Shown here in pieces: positions 52,727-64,000 of a stretch of DNA of 64,000 bases. The notes beneath the pieces were generated by a model that was given only the letters and a program-made list of their open reading frames with translations, made no database searches and was not told the origin of the DNA. The stretch comes from Lytechinus pictus (taxonomy: Eukaryota). Each line of letters begins with the position of its first letter. Position 1 is the first letter of the stretch. The stretch lies in NCBI RefSeq assembly GCF_037042905.1, contig NC_087245.1:2048001-2112000 (forward strand), given 5' to 3'. Position numbers and translations under genes: made by a program.

Positions 52727-53906
52727 GTAAGTCGTAGCAGCTAAATTATCAAACATCCGAAAAAAGGGATCAATCATCATGAGCTGCATTTCAATTTGAC
52801 TGTTGAAAAAAAATCCCATCTGAATTTGTTGCATGATTGTAACATATGATAGCAACTTCCACATTATCCTTAATTTTTATTTGCTTTAGGGCAATTCCAT
52901 AAAATATGTATGCCCGACCCCATGTATGTGAGACCTTCATGAAGTCTCTGATTTCTAGTTATTTTGACAGTCTGTAATGCTCTAAAATTATGAAGTGAAG
53001 TCAAACTTGGGAAAAATGGGGTCAGATGTACAAAAGGGTTATTTTACGGCATTGCCCTTTAAATACTGTAACAATGTTATAAACAATGCAAGTTACCATG
53101 ATAGGAATGCTCATGCATTTCTAGGACGTTCACTTTATTACTCTTATGTAGTATAGAATGGAAGAGTGACCAACACTTTTAGGGTATCAAATTCATTGTT
53201 ATTCATAATATTACATATAAACCTCTTAAACAACTGGAATATGTATGTGCCTAAGTGTAGAGCCAAAAGATTTTCTGATGTATAAAATTTCAAAGCCCAT
53301 CTAAAGCTTTGGTGAGGGGTCAGTAATGTTAATTCGTGTTAAGAGTGTCATCTGACGTTTCAATATTCCAAAAATGTAGCAGTCATCGAATGTGCTTTCA
53401 GCTGATCAAATTTGAATTTGACTTTTTTTCATCAGTTAAGGTTTGAATATGGCAATTTGCACCCTCGGAAATGCTTTTATTCTTATTTGAAATAGCCATT
53501 TGAAGACTTTACATATTTAGTACTTGGATATTAAGAAAGCTATTGGCAAAGATCATATCTTTACATCTTCAGCCCATTCAATGCGTAAGAAGGGGTTTTA
53601 TACAATTTATTTTGATCGGGCACCTGATGAAATTAGATTTTGCTGTAAAACCTGTAAATTTGTCTAATGAAACACTTTGTTAGTTCATATCCTTGACATC
53701 ACAACCGTTTTAGGACATGCACATTCATATCTATTGATTGGAATAGTGATTAGTGACATGCATTTTCGGGGGATTTACCAAAACTTAAGAGCGGCTTTTG
53801 AAGGTCCTCAAATGATATTTAACCTTGAAACTTCATTGGTATTTTGTACCATCTTCATAATTTATAAAGGATATTTATTATTATTGTCTTCTTTAATCTT
53901 CTCCAG

Positions 53907-54026
53907 GCCTCTGGTCAGAACAGGCAAGGAGGAGGTGGCGGCGGTACTGGCGGCGGCGGTGGAGGCGGCGGCGGCGGAGGAGCAGGTGGTGGTGGTGGTG
54001 GTGGAGGCGGAGCTGGACGCTCTTAG
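53907..54026 (+). CDS. RPS26: RPS26 exon 4, glycine-rich tail
   Basis: Strong pyrimidine-CAG acceptor, phase 0; ASGQNRQ G6 T G11 A G9 AGRS*; poly(A) signal 143 nt later. Confidence 0.85.
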   Translation, partial: ASGQNRQGGGGGGTGGGGGGGGGGGAGGGGGGGGGAGRS

Positions 54027-54168
54027 ACCAAACACTTTCCTGAATCACACCGAGGAACTCACACCATATCCCAACAAACAATGTCATTTGGATAGCAAAG
54101 TTATCACAAAGGACTTTGTATTTGCGTATTGTTCATACTTATGTGTTTGTGAGGATGATGATTGGTGA

Positions 54169-54174
54169 AATAAA
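54169..54174 (+). terminator. RPS26 polyadenylation signal AATAAA
   Basis: First AATAAA after the stop, followed by a T-rich downstream element. Confidence 0.75.
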
Positions 54175-54522
54175 ACATCACACCAGCAACAACAAAAATT
54201 TAATATAGCTTAGACATTTTTTATTACCTGTTGTCCAGTATTTAGATTATTGGCAAAATGAAGTCAGATGAGTGTGCTAGTTATCTAGAATTCGGGTTGT
54301 GTTTTTAAAGGTGCTAACATAAATAAAAAGACAATCTAAGTCTGTTACATTAACTATTTAGCTCACTTCTTGACATATACACAAGGCCAGAGTCAACTCA
54401 GAATTTATCTTTTTGCTTTCCAAATTCTGGTGGTATCTTTCCAATTGGAATCCAATACTTTGATTAAATAGATGTCAGAAACTGGAAAGTACATTAGTGG
54501 ATGTACAATTTTTCATGTTCCC

Positions 54523-55358
54523 AAAACCCAGACCGGACCCAAAAGTGAAATTGACAAATTATATGCCAATCAAAAACTTGTAAACTACCAAACATAGCAA
54601 TGCAATCTTTATTAATTTTCACTACTTACCGGCTGAGCTTTTAGCTTAAGAAACATGCTTTCTTGTGCTTTTCACTGGCTTCAAGACTGACGTCACGTGT
54701 TAGAAGCGCTGTGATTCCACAGGTTTGTTCACAGAAAAACAAAGTGATTTTTCTGCTTTTCAGATTACATATTTTCTTCTATCTCATATCATATGTCATA
54801 AAAAAAATTTCCTGTAACTTTGAATTTATGAAATCTGCTTTGGACAAGTTATAGCCATATTTTATTTCCTAGTGAAGAGTTGAAGCTTTCCATCCATTTG
54901 AGCACTGAATAATTTTCAGTGCTATTATCTTCTGCAAATTGAAAGAAAAATTTGATTCATATATGAAACGCAGAAAAATCACCAATTTTTTTCTATGTCC
55001 AAACCTATGCGATTGCAACACTTCTAACACAACATGACATGATCTTAATTTTCAGTGCTATTATCTTCTGCAAATTGAAAGAAAAATTTGATTCATATAT
55101 GAAACGCAGAAAAATCACAAATTTTTTCTATGTCCAAACCTATGCGATTGCAACACTTCTAACACAACATGACATGATCTTGAGGCCGATGAAAAGCGCA
55201 AGAAAGCCTATTGTCGAAGCATGTTAATATGAGTTTTTCTTAAGCAAAATACTCCGCTGTCAAAGTGGTGAATGGGCTTAAAACTTACATTGTTATACTA
55301 TGTAGCATGTATATTTTCCATTTGTCAATTTCCCTTTTAGGTCTGGTCTGGGTCTTAA
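54523..55358. mobile_element. TIR element with an internal ~136-bp tandem duplication (54910-55180)
   Basis: acccagaccggacccaaaagtgaaattgacaaa / tttgtcaatttcccttttaggtctggtctgggt; shares its TTAA with the next element. Confidence 0.7.
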
Positions 55359-55982
55359 AGGGGAATCCAACACAAATAAAAACTTGTTTTTATAAGAAAA
55401 AGAAAAATCAGACAAGTCGATAGGTGAGAGTTTGAACAATATTGGACAAACAACAAGAAAGTTATGAATTTTTAAAAGTTGTAAATATTGGTAATCACTA
55501 TACCCATGGAGACTTCAAAGTGGCCACATATGGGATGTCATAGTGATGTAAGGCAAGGACTACTCTTCTATGTACTCCAATACATATTATGGCTAAAATG
55601 TGATTTTTTTTTTCCAAAAGTTTTATTTCAAATTATATTTTTCTTTCATGAGGACATAAAACAATATACTACCTGGGTTATATTTAGATTACTGCCCCAG
55701 GGGAATGGGTACTTAGGAGAAAACCACAAATCCCTGATAATAAAGTACATGGCCTATGGAAAAGTTGTCCTTGCCCCTTGTCATAATTTACTTACCCATT
55801 GTCATAATTTACTTACCCAGTTGCCAATTTGAAATCTACATAGTATTAGTGATCTAAATTTTAAAGCAGCTATAACTTTCTTATTGCTTGTCCGATTTCT
55901 TTCAAACTTTCACCACTCTGTTTAATTTATTTTTCTCCTTCCCAACACAACATTTAATGGCCAAGGCTGGATTCCCCTTTAA
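55355..55982. mobile_element. Kolobok/T2-like MITE
   Basis: ttaaaggggaatcca ... tggattcccctttaa. Confidence 0.85.
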
Positions 55983-56354
55983 ACCTTTATAACCTTGGCT
56001 ATTTTGACATTGCTTGGCGAGGCTATGGGGTGGCAGTTTATTCTGCCTGCTTCCTTCAGATCTTTATCGCAACAAAAATTGGCACACACATAACCCAAAA
56101 TGTAATCTACAAAATTGTTCTGTAAGATTCCAGTTTGCAGGCAGTTTGAAGACCTTCGGTCGAGTCCATGAAACATTCTTTGAAATTCATTTTTTGTATA
56201 CTGAAGATAATAGATTATCAATAGCATAATCAAGGACAAACAATTACTCCTTTATAATGCACAGTGGCTTGCCTTTCCTTTGATATATTAATGCGTAATA
56301 GTTCTTTGCTATTGCTACCAAGGTTATCAAACAAGCCTAATTCCTCTCATATGA

Positions 56355-56921
56355 TAAGGGCAAGTCCACCAAAACAAAGAGTTTATAGGAATGTAAAGTG
56401 AAAACCTTATTTCATCAAATTCGGATATAACATACAAAAGCTATGAAAATTTAAATTTTTACTGTATTTCTGAAGACATATATGTACATCCTGGTTGGTA
56501 GGCAATTGAGAGAAATGATGATGTCGGTTACTTTTTATTGTATTATAATATGAAATATTTTATTTCTTATTTTAATGAGAAACAGGATTTTATCGGTCTT
56601 TGAATATGTGGGATTGTCAATGCTGCAAACTTGGTTCTATTCATGATTCAATGAAGAAGCTTCCTTATTGCCAAATCTGCAAAAATTGAAATATTCCATA
56701 TTATATATAATGAAATGCAGCAAAAATAATGTGTGTAACATCATCAGCTCTCTCATTTGTTTGTCAATGGTTCGTGCCTATAACTGAAAATAAGCGAAAA
56801 TTTAAAAATCAGAACTTGCATATTTTACATCTGACTTTGATTAAATTTTCAGCATTATGCTTGTTTTTATTTTCTGTAATTCAATTCTACTTTAATACTG
56901 TTGGGGTTTACTTGCCCTTAA
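56355..56921. mobile_element. Diverged Kolobok-like MITE
   Basis: taagggcaagt ... acttgcccttaa; body related to the 16201 family. Confidence 0.7.
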
Positions 56922-56956
56922 ATAATACTTTAAAAGCATTTTTTTTATAAGCCTTA

Positions 56957-57412
56957 TGCCCCGTTGACACTAGCTGGCATTGTGGTTCCCGCATAGTTTT
57001 CGCACAAGCATGAACTCGTGTGCTAATGCGGGGATCCTGATTGCCCTTTTGTGGCCTCGAAATAGACATTTTGTGGCGCAAAAGTTCTGGCACACTCCTC
57101 GGGGCAGTGGCGTGCAGTTCACAACAGGATCGCTCATACTTTGCGCATAGGCTAAGCACACTTCACGCAGAGTTTGTGAATGATACGCGCAAAGGTTGTT
57201 ATTGAAACCATATGATCAGCGTAAGTGTCCTGACCAACAGACATAGAGGGCGTCAACATGTTGAATGTTGCGTGAATAATGCTCGAGCAATGCGGAAACA
57301 TGTCAGCTATTTTGTGAATGTTTCGGGACAATGCGTACACTGATACAGGCAAGTCGTACCATAAATTGTCCCACACTGGCACGCATCAATGCAGGCAAGT
57401 GTCAACGGGGCA
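56957..57412. mobile_element. Harbinger-like MITE
   Basis: tgccccgttgacact ... agtgtcaacggggca; tta/tca flanks. Confidence 0.75.
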
Positions 57413-58339
57413 TCAATCAGTTAGGTCCATATCTTGAATAATCTTTTGAAAGTGATTATAGAGGGAATGTTTGGTGGTGTATTGTTGGAAAGGTGTGTGG
57501 TACACAAGTGATTTCAATAACTGTTAGTGATATGTCTGGTTTAGAAATTCAATAGAGAGACTTTCATAATCAGTATGCAGATGCTTTCTACAACTTACAA
57601 ATTCCTATGAAAATGCAAGTCAAATAACAGCTTAGAGGTTTTTGTCAAAAGTTGGTGGATCGAGATAGCAGATTGTTTGAAGATTCAGACTGGACAAAAA
57701 ATTGCAATGTTGTTTGTCCAGAGTCCAGGACGAAGCTGCTGTATTGATTCACTGTTTTTCGACAAAGACTTTTATCATTGAAGGGCTTTTGACAAAAGAT
57801 TATCTACGTTATTGTAACTAGCATCTGATAGTGAATACTACCTATTACTGATATAGGTAACTCATGAGTTTAAGGCTTGTGCATGATTGTCCCAACTAAG
57901 TCACGTACCAAAAGTCTCAAAAAGTTAATTCTGTGAGAAATTGCACCGAGATTTCTTTAATACTGAATGCAAAAAACATAAAAATAGCCAAGTAATGCTT
58001 GTTTTCCTTAAAATTTATAAAGCTCTGACAATTTACACTTGGCTTAAAAAAAAGACAATTCTGTTGGTTCTTTTTTTATTTTTTATTCATTATTATTTTT
58101 AGGAGGGGGAGGGTTATGGGAAGCATTAAGATTCTAACACCAAACTTGAAATCATGATATCCTAAACCCCTGAGAGATAACTTGTGTGAATGGGAATATT
58201 GCACGTTGATTTCTAACATACTGTGGTTTTTTCAGATCAGTAGAGATTTAACCCCAGCTTCCAACGCATTGCTGGAAATACCTTGTATTATTAGTTTTTC
58301 CAAACACCAGTTTGATTTGAAGTACAGTGTACACAGGTG

Positions 58340-58549
58340 CACTGGCGGATCCAGGGGGGGGCACAGCCGGCCCGTGCACCCCCCCCCCCCCCCATAGAAG
58401 CAAAATTTGTAATGTAAAAATGCTGTTGAAACAGAAGTGTGCCCCCCCCCCCCTTTGAAAGTCAAGACCTTTTTTATTTTGCTTGTTGAATTTTTCCTCT
58501 GAAAAATGTGCCCCCACCCCCCTTTGGAAAATCCTGGATCCGCCCCTTG
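58340..58549. mobile_element. hAT-type MITE related to 43294-43438
   Basis: cactggcggatccagg ... cctggatccgcccc; TSD not evident. Confidence 0.65.
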
Positions 58550-61359
58550 GTGTTGGTATGGACAGGGCACCAACACCATCTTTTTACACTCTTGAAATCA
58601 CCCGGTGACTATCTATACAACCGAACAAAATACATTCAAGAGAACATCTGGATTCATGCCAAACAAAGACTTTCGACAGAGTTTTATTTTTTTTATTCAC
58701 TCTCATTTAAAACGCCTTAAAATTTTATTTATTGGAACAATTTGCTAAAATTTGAAATATCTAAACAATTATAATCCAGACAAAAAAATGGAGAGTAGAT
58801 GGATTGGGAGCAGAGAGAAATATCGAATCCACGAAGATTGAAGATGACTGAGCACCAGAATAATACACCATTTTAGAGGGGGCAATGATTTCAATATTTG
58901 TCCAAGAATGAGGGCCACATTTGGGGACATTTTATGATTTTAAAAAAAAGGGTCACATACCAGTGACAAATATCTGATCATTGTGATTACACCTTTTATG
59001 GTGATATATTTGAAGAAGATTAAAACCATGTTTCTTTAGTTATAAAATTAAGTACTTTAGCCCAATACATGAAATTAGAATTAAAATGTGTACTGTTTAG
59101 TAACATATAGATCTAAATAACCAATTCTTAATTCAAATTTCAATTTTGAAGGGGGTGGACCAGTTCGAGGAAGGGAAGTCCCCCTTCCCTCAGCGTATTC
59201 TTTAACTTAAACAAATACGAACCAACAGCCATGTATAGCACCATCTCGAGTCCTCAACTAGGGCCTACTCATATCTGGACATATAGTCCCAGAATGCAAC
59301 ATTCTGAACAGTGTATAGACCATAACCCACTAATACACTACACAATATACTGCAACAAATACAAGAACCTTCCCTTTCCCCAAAAAAATATTTTCTCTGA
59401 AGAATTTTTTGTATTAGTGATATATTATAGACATAGTTATCTCAGAGGTCATGACCGCTCACAGTGGGGGAGGGGCAGTTGCCCCCCATAAGATTTGAAA
59501 ACTTGAAAAAATGACTGAAATTGTCACAAAATTCAAAAATATGCACGAAATTTTTTAATTTCATTTTACAAAATGCAAGAGTGCCCCAATGACAAGCTAA
59601 TTTGATTCACTCCCTCGCTTTTTAGTTAAAAAAAAAAAGTTTACGCGTCCTGTCCCAGAGCCAAAAAATTATATGTACAGCCATGTAAGAGGTATAGTTA
59701 TAATGAGTTGTCAGTTTGCTTCCCCTTTAAACTATTAGGATTTTGTGCCGTCACATGCCAACAGTTTCCTCATGTTTTCTCAGAAAATTGTATACCATTT
59801 TACCAGTATACCCCTTTCTATTTTTTTTCTTTAGTCATCATTAACCATTAAAAAAGATGAATTCCATTACCATGGCAACACAATTTCCGAAAAAGCAAAA
59901 AAAAATGTTTCTTACACATCTCCTTACCTTAAGACCAAGGTGTGTTCCAAATTTCATGAGAATCGGTTAAAAACTGAGGAAGTAGCTCAAAATGGAAGAT
60001 TGGCATAAATTCTAAAAATTTGTTGGCCATGATTTTGTTTGATTTAAACCAGGCTTAAACTGCCCCCTGTGCGAGTCTATTTGAGGAGTCTATTTTTGAG
60101 GATTTATTACCACACTTGGACCAGGATTAACTTAAACCTTGTTATAAGAATACGTAACTTAAACCTTGGTTTAAATATGGTGGCTTATTTCCACACTTAG
60201 ACTAGGGTTAGTAAGTTAAACCAGGCTATCAGAATACGGGCCATTGAGTTTATATTTAATGGCCAGCCGCTTACACACGTTGTCACATATTGAAAAGGTA
60301 CACTGATCAACAAATAAATTATAGTGAAAAGGAAATGCAATTCAGCAAGGCAAAATGGTCAAGACAGACTAGTTTGAAATAACAAAAACAACAGTATAAC
60401 TTTCTTATCCTTTGACGAATTTTTTTCAAACTTTCACCAATATTTTTTTCTATAATAATTTGTTCTGCTTTAATCAATGCCAACTTATCATGCAGTGTGA
60501 ACTCAATTGACTAGGATTTTTATGACTATTATATATATATCAATAATCAATTCTATTTTAAAACAAATTTTGATATACCAATATGAAACAGGAACATTTT
60601 AATAACTGTTTCTAGGAAGTTTATGTAGAGGTCCATATCTTACTAATCAAAATACGAGCGCGTAGCGCGAGCTGAAAATTGTTTATATTCAGACCTCAAA
60701 CAGGACGTTTCAATCAAATTTATAATTATGTACAGGAAACATATCTAAGTCAACTATCAAGGCAAGCGCGAAGCGCGAGCTGAAGTTTTTTGTATATTCT
60801 TAACTGAAAACTTTTTGTCAACTTTGAACTGGAAAGTATCCAACTAAACAATTGATGCGAGCACAAAATTTTTGATATTCTCACGTGAAAACTGGACATT
60901 CTAATAACTTTTTTAACCATGATCTAGATCACGGATATCTACCTAAACACTAAGCAAGCGCGAGCTGAAAATTTTGAAGGCGAAGTATTAGCTGAAAATG
61001 TTGCTATTTTGACCAGACAAACAACTAGACATTCTAAGCACTGTTTGTAACCTTTTAAGCTGGGTAGTATCTAACTAAACAAATGATGCGAAGCGCAAGC
61101 TGAAAAGTTTTGCTATGCCGAAATGAAAAAAAAAAGGATTCCAGGGACCGTTTGAAATCATAAACAGGATAGGTTTAAAACTAAACATGAAGTGCAAATT
61201 GCGAGCTCAAAATTGATTTTGATTTTTCCTTACACGATTAGTGGTCATGCGAGGGTTTCACAATTTTGTTTTAAAAAATAACTAAAATATCTTCCCATCA
61301 ACATTCGTCCTTTTCACCCGTTTCCTTTCCACACATCTATTTCCCCTCTCTTTCCTCTT

Positions 61360-61820
61360 CACTCTAAAAATAGTGGGTAAAAATATTTGTGTCCAACTAA
61401 TATTGGGCATTTCTTTTGGGCATTTTAATTTATCCAGTGTGATGAAAAATTTTCCCGTTCTAAAGTAATTGCTGCTACCTTACTGGACAATATGCTTCCC
61501 GCATTGGGTAAAATACTGCCCGAAATTGGTTGGACACAGTAGCGTAAGCAGGGGGGTGGTTGCAGGGGTTCAACCCCCTCCCCTTAATTTTTTTTTTATA
61601 CTCCACCCCCCTTAAACTTTTTGAAGACCTTTTTTTTGCATGTCATTTTTTTCTTGAGATACGAAACGACGCTAAATTTGTGAGAAAGACCTTTTTTTGT
61701 TATGAACATTTCATTTAGCTTGACCACCCCCCCTTAAAAAAAAATCCTGCGTACGCTATACTGGCTGGACATACCCTCGTGCTGGTTAAAATTTTACCTA
61801 ATACTTTTTTTTTTACAGTG
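61360..61820. mobile_element. CACT...AGTG (EnSpm/CMC-like) MITE with a nested hAT MITE (61537-61763)
   Basis: tt|cactctaaaaa ... ttttacagtg|tt; inner cagtagcgta / tacgctatactg with TSD gttggaca / gctggaca. Confidence 0.7.
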
Positions 61821-62372
61821 TTTCACTTTCCCTTCTCTCCCTTTTCCTTTTCTCTGTTATTCTTTTCTTTCATTTCTCCCTTTTCCTTTTTTTTTCTTCT
61901 TCTTCCCTTTTTCTTCCATTTCCTTTGTTTTCCCCTATCCATTTTCATTTTTGTCCTTCTCCTTTTCTCTTCATCACCTTTCTTTTCTCTCTCAACTTTT
62001 CCTTCCCCTTCTCTCTCTCTCTCCCTTTCTTCTCCCTTCACTTTTCTCCGTCTCTCCCGACCCGGCCCTTCATTTTCTCCCTCTCCTCCCTTTCCTTTTA
62101 TCTCCCTCTCCTTTCTCTTTCACCCTCTTTCCTTCCTCTCTATTCCTTTTCTCTCCCTTTTCCCCTTGAATTATCTTCCTATCCCCTCTCTTTCCCTTCT
62201 TCTTTTCACTCTTCCTCCTTCCTTTTCAATCCCCTATTACCTTACTTTCTTTTCCTTCTCTTTTTCTTTCCCCTTCCTTTTCCCCTCTTCTTTTATTTCC
62301 CTTTTTTCTCTTTCCTTCCTTTTCTTCCCCTTTTCACTTCTTTTTTTAATTTTTTTATTACCATTTTTTTTT
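61821..62372. repeat. Long C/T low-complexity tract
   Basis: About 550 bp almost purely pyrimidine on +, ending near a hAT-like terminus (~62419). Confidence 0.9.
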
Positions 62373-62998
62373 TTGGGGGGGGGGGCAAGGCCCCTTCGGC
62401 TCCCCTGAATCCGCGGCTGGGTGGGCATGGCTTGTCGTTGTCGAATGATGACATAATTCTTTTCTTCGTTCCTTTCATAATTTTGGAAAAACTGTGCTCG
62501 TAACTTTATGTAACATAGCGCCATCTCAATCTCAAGCGAACTAAATAGCATACTACTCCTGACAAATAACCATAGAGTTGAAATCACAATCCGACACCAC
62601 CACGCTTTCTGGCCTCAATCTCTCGTAACGCAAAGCTCCGATAACGGAGCGGGCGACGTTACACTAGACTGCGAGCGAGGTGGCTTTGATAGACCTAATG
62701 CAGTCACTTTGGGGGTAGTGTCTTGGGGTACTAGTTATAGGTACCGACCGGTACACGGCAGAAACCATACACCCGAAATGTAAAACGTATAAGGAAGTTT
62801 CTTCGCAATGTGTTTATCGCTGGTAAGACACACGTCTAGTCTCGGGGAAACAAATTTCAGTCTGCATGGGACTTCAAAAACTTGACCGACTATTTTCAAT
62901 AACTTTTCAGAAACTTTACAACTTACTAGTTACTGGATCACGTAACAGTTAGAGGAGCCTAAATCTTCGCATAAGTTTATAAACTTTGTCGTTTGAGT

Positions 62999-63134
62999 AT
63001 GGGAGCTGAATCCAGCGATCGCAGTATGTCACGTAAAGTGGATGCGGTTAAGGTGATTGTGGCTTTCAGCCTAATGCTGGTCGCGTGGCCCGCCGTCGCA
63101 TCGGGGGAGGCGGTGGCTCTGAATGCTGATCGAG
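62999..63134 (+). CDS. First coding exon of an unidentified secreted or membrane protein (alternative ATG at 63026)
   Basis: MGAESSDRSMSRKVDAVKVIVAFSLMLVAWPAVASGEAVALNADR: basic n-region, hydrophobic core, AVASG cleavage-like site; phase-1 AG|GTAAAT donor; CpG-rich upstream region. Confidence 0.7.
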
Positions 63135-64000
63135 GTAAATGTTATGTACTTCTGTTATTTCCTCTCTTTTCACGGCAGAGCAAAACTTTTTTTTTTAGAT
63201 TTAAGGAAATTTCGATAATAACGTCATAAAACAGTAAAGAGTGACAAATATGTTAAAAGGGAAGTTCCCCGGGAAGTTCACCCGGCCCTGACAAAAAGTT
63301 AATATTTTTATAATTATAGTAAAATTATCTGATAATTTTGAGGGAAATCAATCTAATATAAAAAAAATATTAGTATTTTTTTTAATTATTATTTGCGACG
63401 TCATATGCGATTAGCTCCCCATATATCATGTAGTAAAAAGAACCAATTGAATGAATGAATGTTACTTTCTCCAAAAATTGAAAGTGTTTTTTTTTTGCAC
63501 CTTCAGTATGTTAATAGGTCATTTCACACCCGTTCCTGAAAGAAAAAAAAAGAATGATACATGCAGTCATCATGGACCATTAAAAATATTATATTACATA
63601 ACACATATATAGGGCATCTGCATGTATATGATGTCACAAATAAAAAAAAAAAAATTTCGAACAACTTTCTCAATCTTTATTGGGTTTTCATCAAACTTAC
63701 TTTCACCAATATATTTTTTTTACATTTTGGGGGTATTTTAAAAACAAACTTTTCTTGAACATTAAGCCTTATTTAGACTAGTCAGAGTGTGATGATGGTA
63801 ACTTATTAGGGCCTATTTCTTTGTGACCCATTCCCTTTAGATATCAGAACAAATTGATGAGGTTACCCAATGTTTGCCTCAGCAATTAATATGAAAAATG
63901 CTATCCAGAAGTTTAAAACCTTTTTAAAATTATGTCTCTAGAGGAAATTGGTTTGAAGGAAAATAAAATTTTGATTAGGCCTATTCAGTTCACTAAAATG

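Noticed and set aside
43689..53906. Intronic snoRNA in RPS26
   Set aside because: No convincing C/D pair with a terminal stem, or H/ACA structure, seen by eye. An Infernal/Rfam scan would settle it.
53677..54168. 163-aa Ala/Val ORF and antisense His/Arg ORF (53893-54087)
   Set aside because: Alternative frames of the Gly-repeat RPS26 exon 4, with no independent support.
61779..62587. Long F/S/L/P-rich and K/R/E-rich ORFs
   Set aside because: Artefacts of the polypyrimidine tract, which lacks stop codons.

Overview
AT-rich, intron-rich eukaryotic DNA. The repeat families and gene structure suggest a marine invertebrate, most likely a sea urchin (inference). Three genes are visible. (1) The 5' part of a minus-strand TRAK/Milton mitochondrial kinesin adaptor (HAP1_N domain), with a likely non-coding first exon near 29.8 kb, coding exons at 14353-14484 and 8887-9117, and a candidate alternative first coding exon at 575-647. 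(2) A complete 4-exon plus-strand RPS26 (43686-54026) with a TCT/5'TOP start and an unusual poly-glycine tail. (3) The signal-peptide-like first exon of an unidentified gene at 62999-63134. Most of the rest is non-autonomous DNA transposons (hAT, Tc1/mariner, Kolobok-like TTAA, Harbinger-like, MULE-like, Helentron-like), tRNA-derived SINEs and tandem repeats, often nested three deep. The most striking signal is the palindrome TACATGTA: about 43 copies (counted by eye) in the TRAK gene body versus about 2 in the other 34 kb. Paired repeat copies show it arises as a TA to TA-CATG-TA insertion. A second class, TA to TA-GGCC-TA, lies mainly outside that gene body. Nearly all ORFs in the supplied track are spurious.
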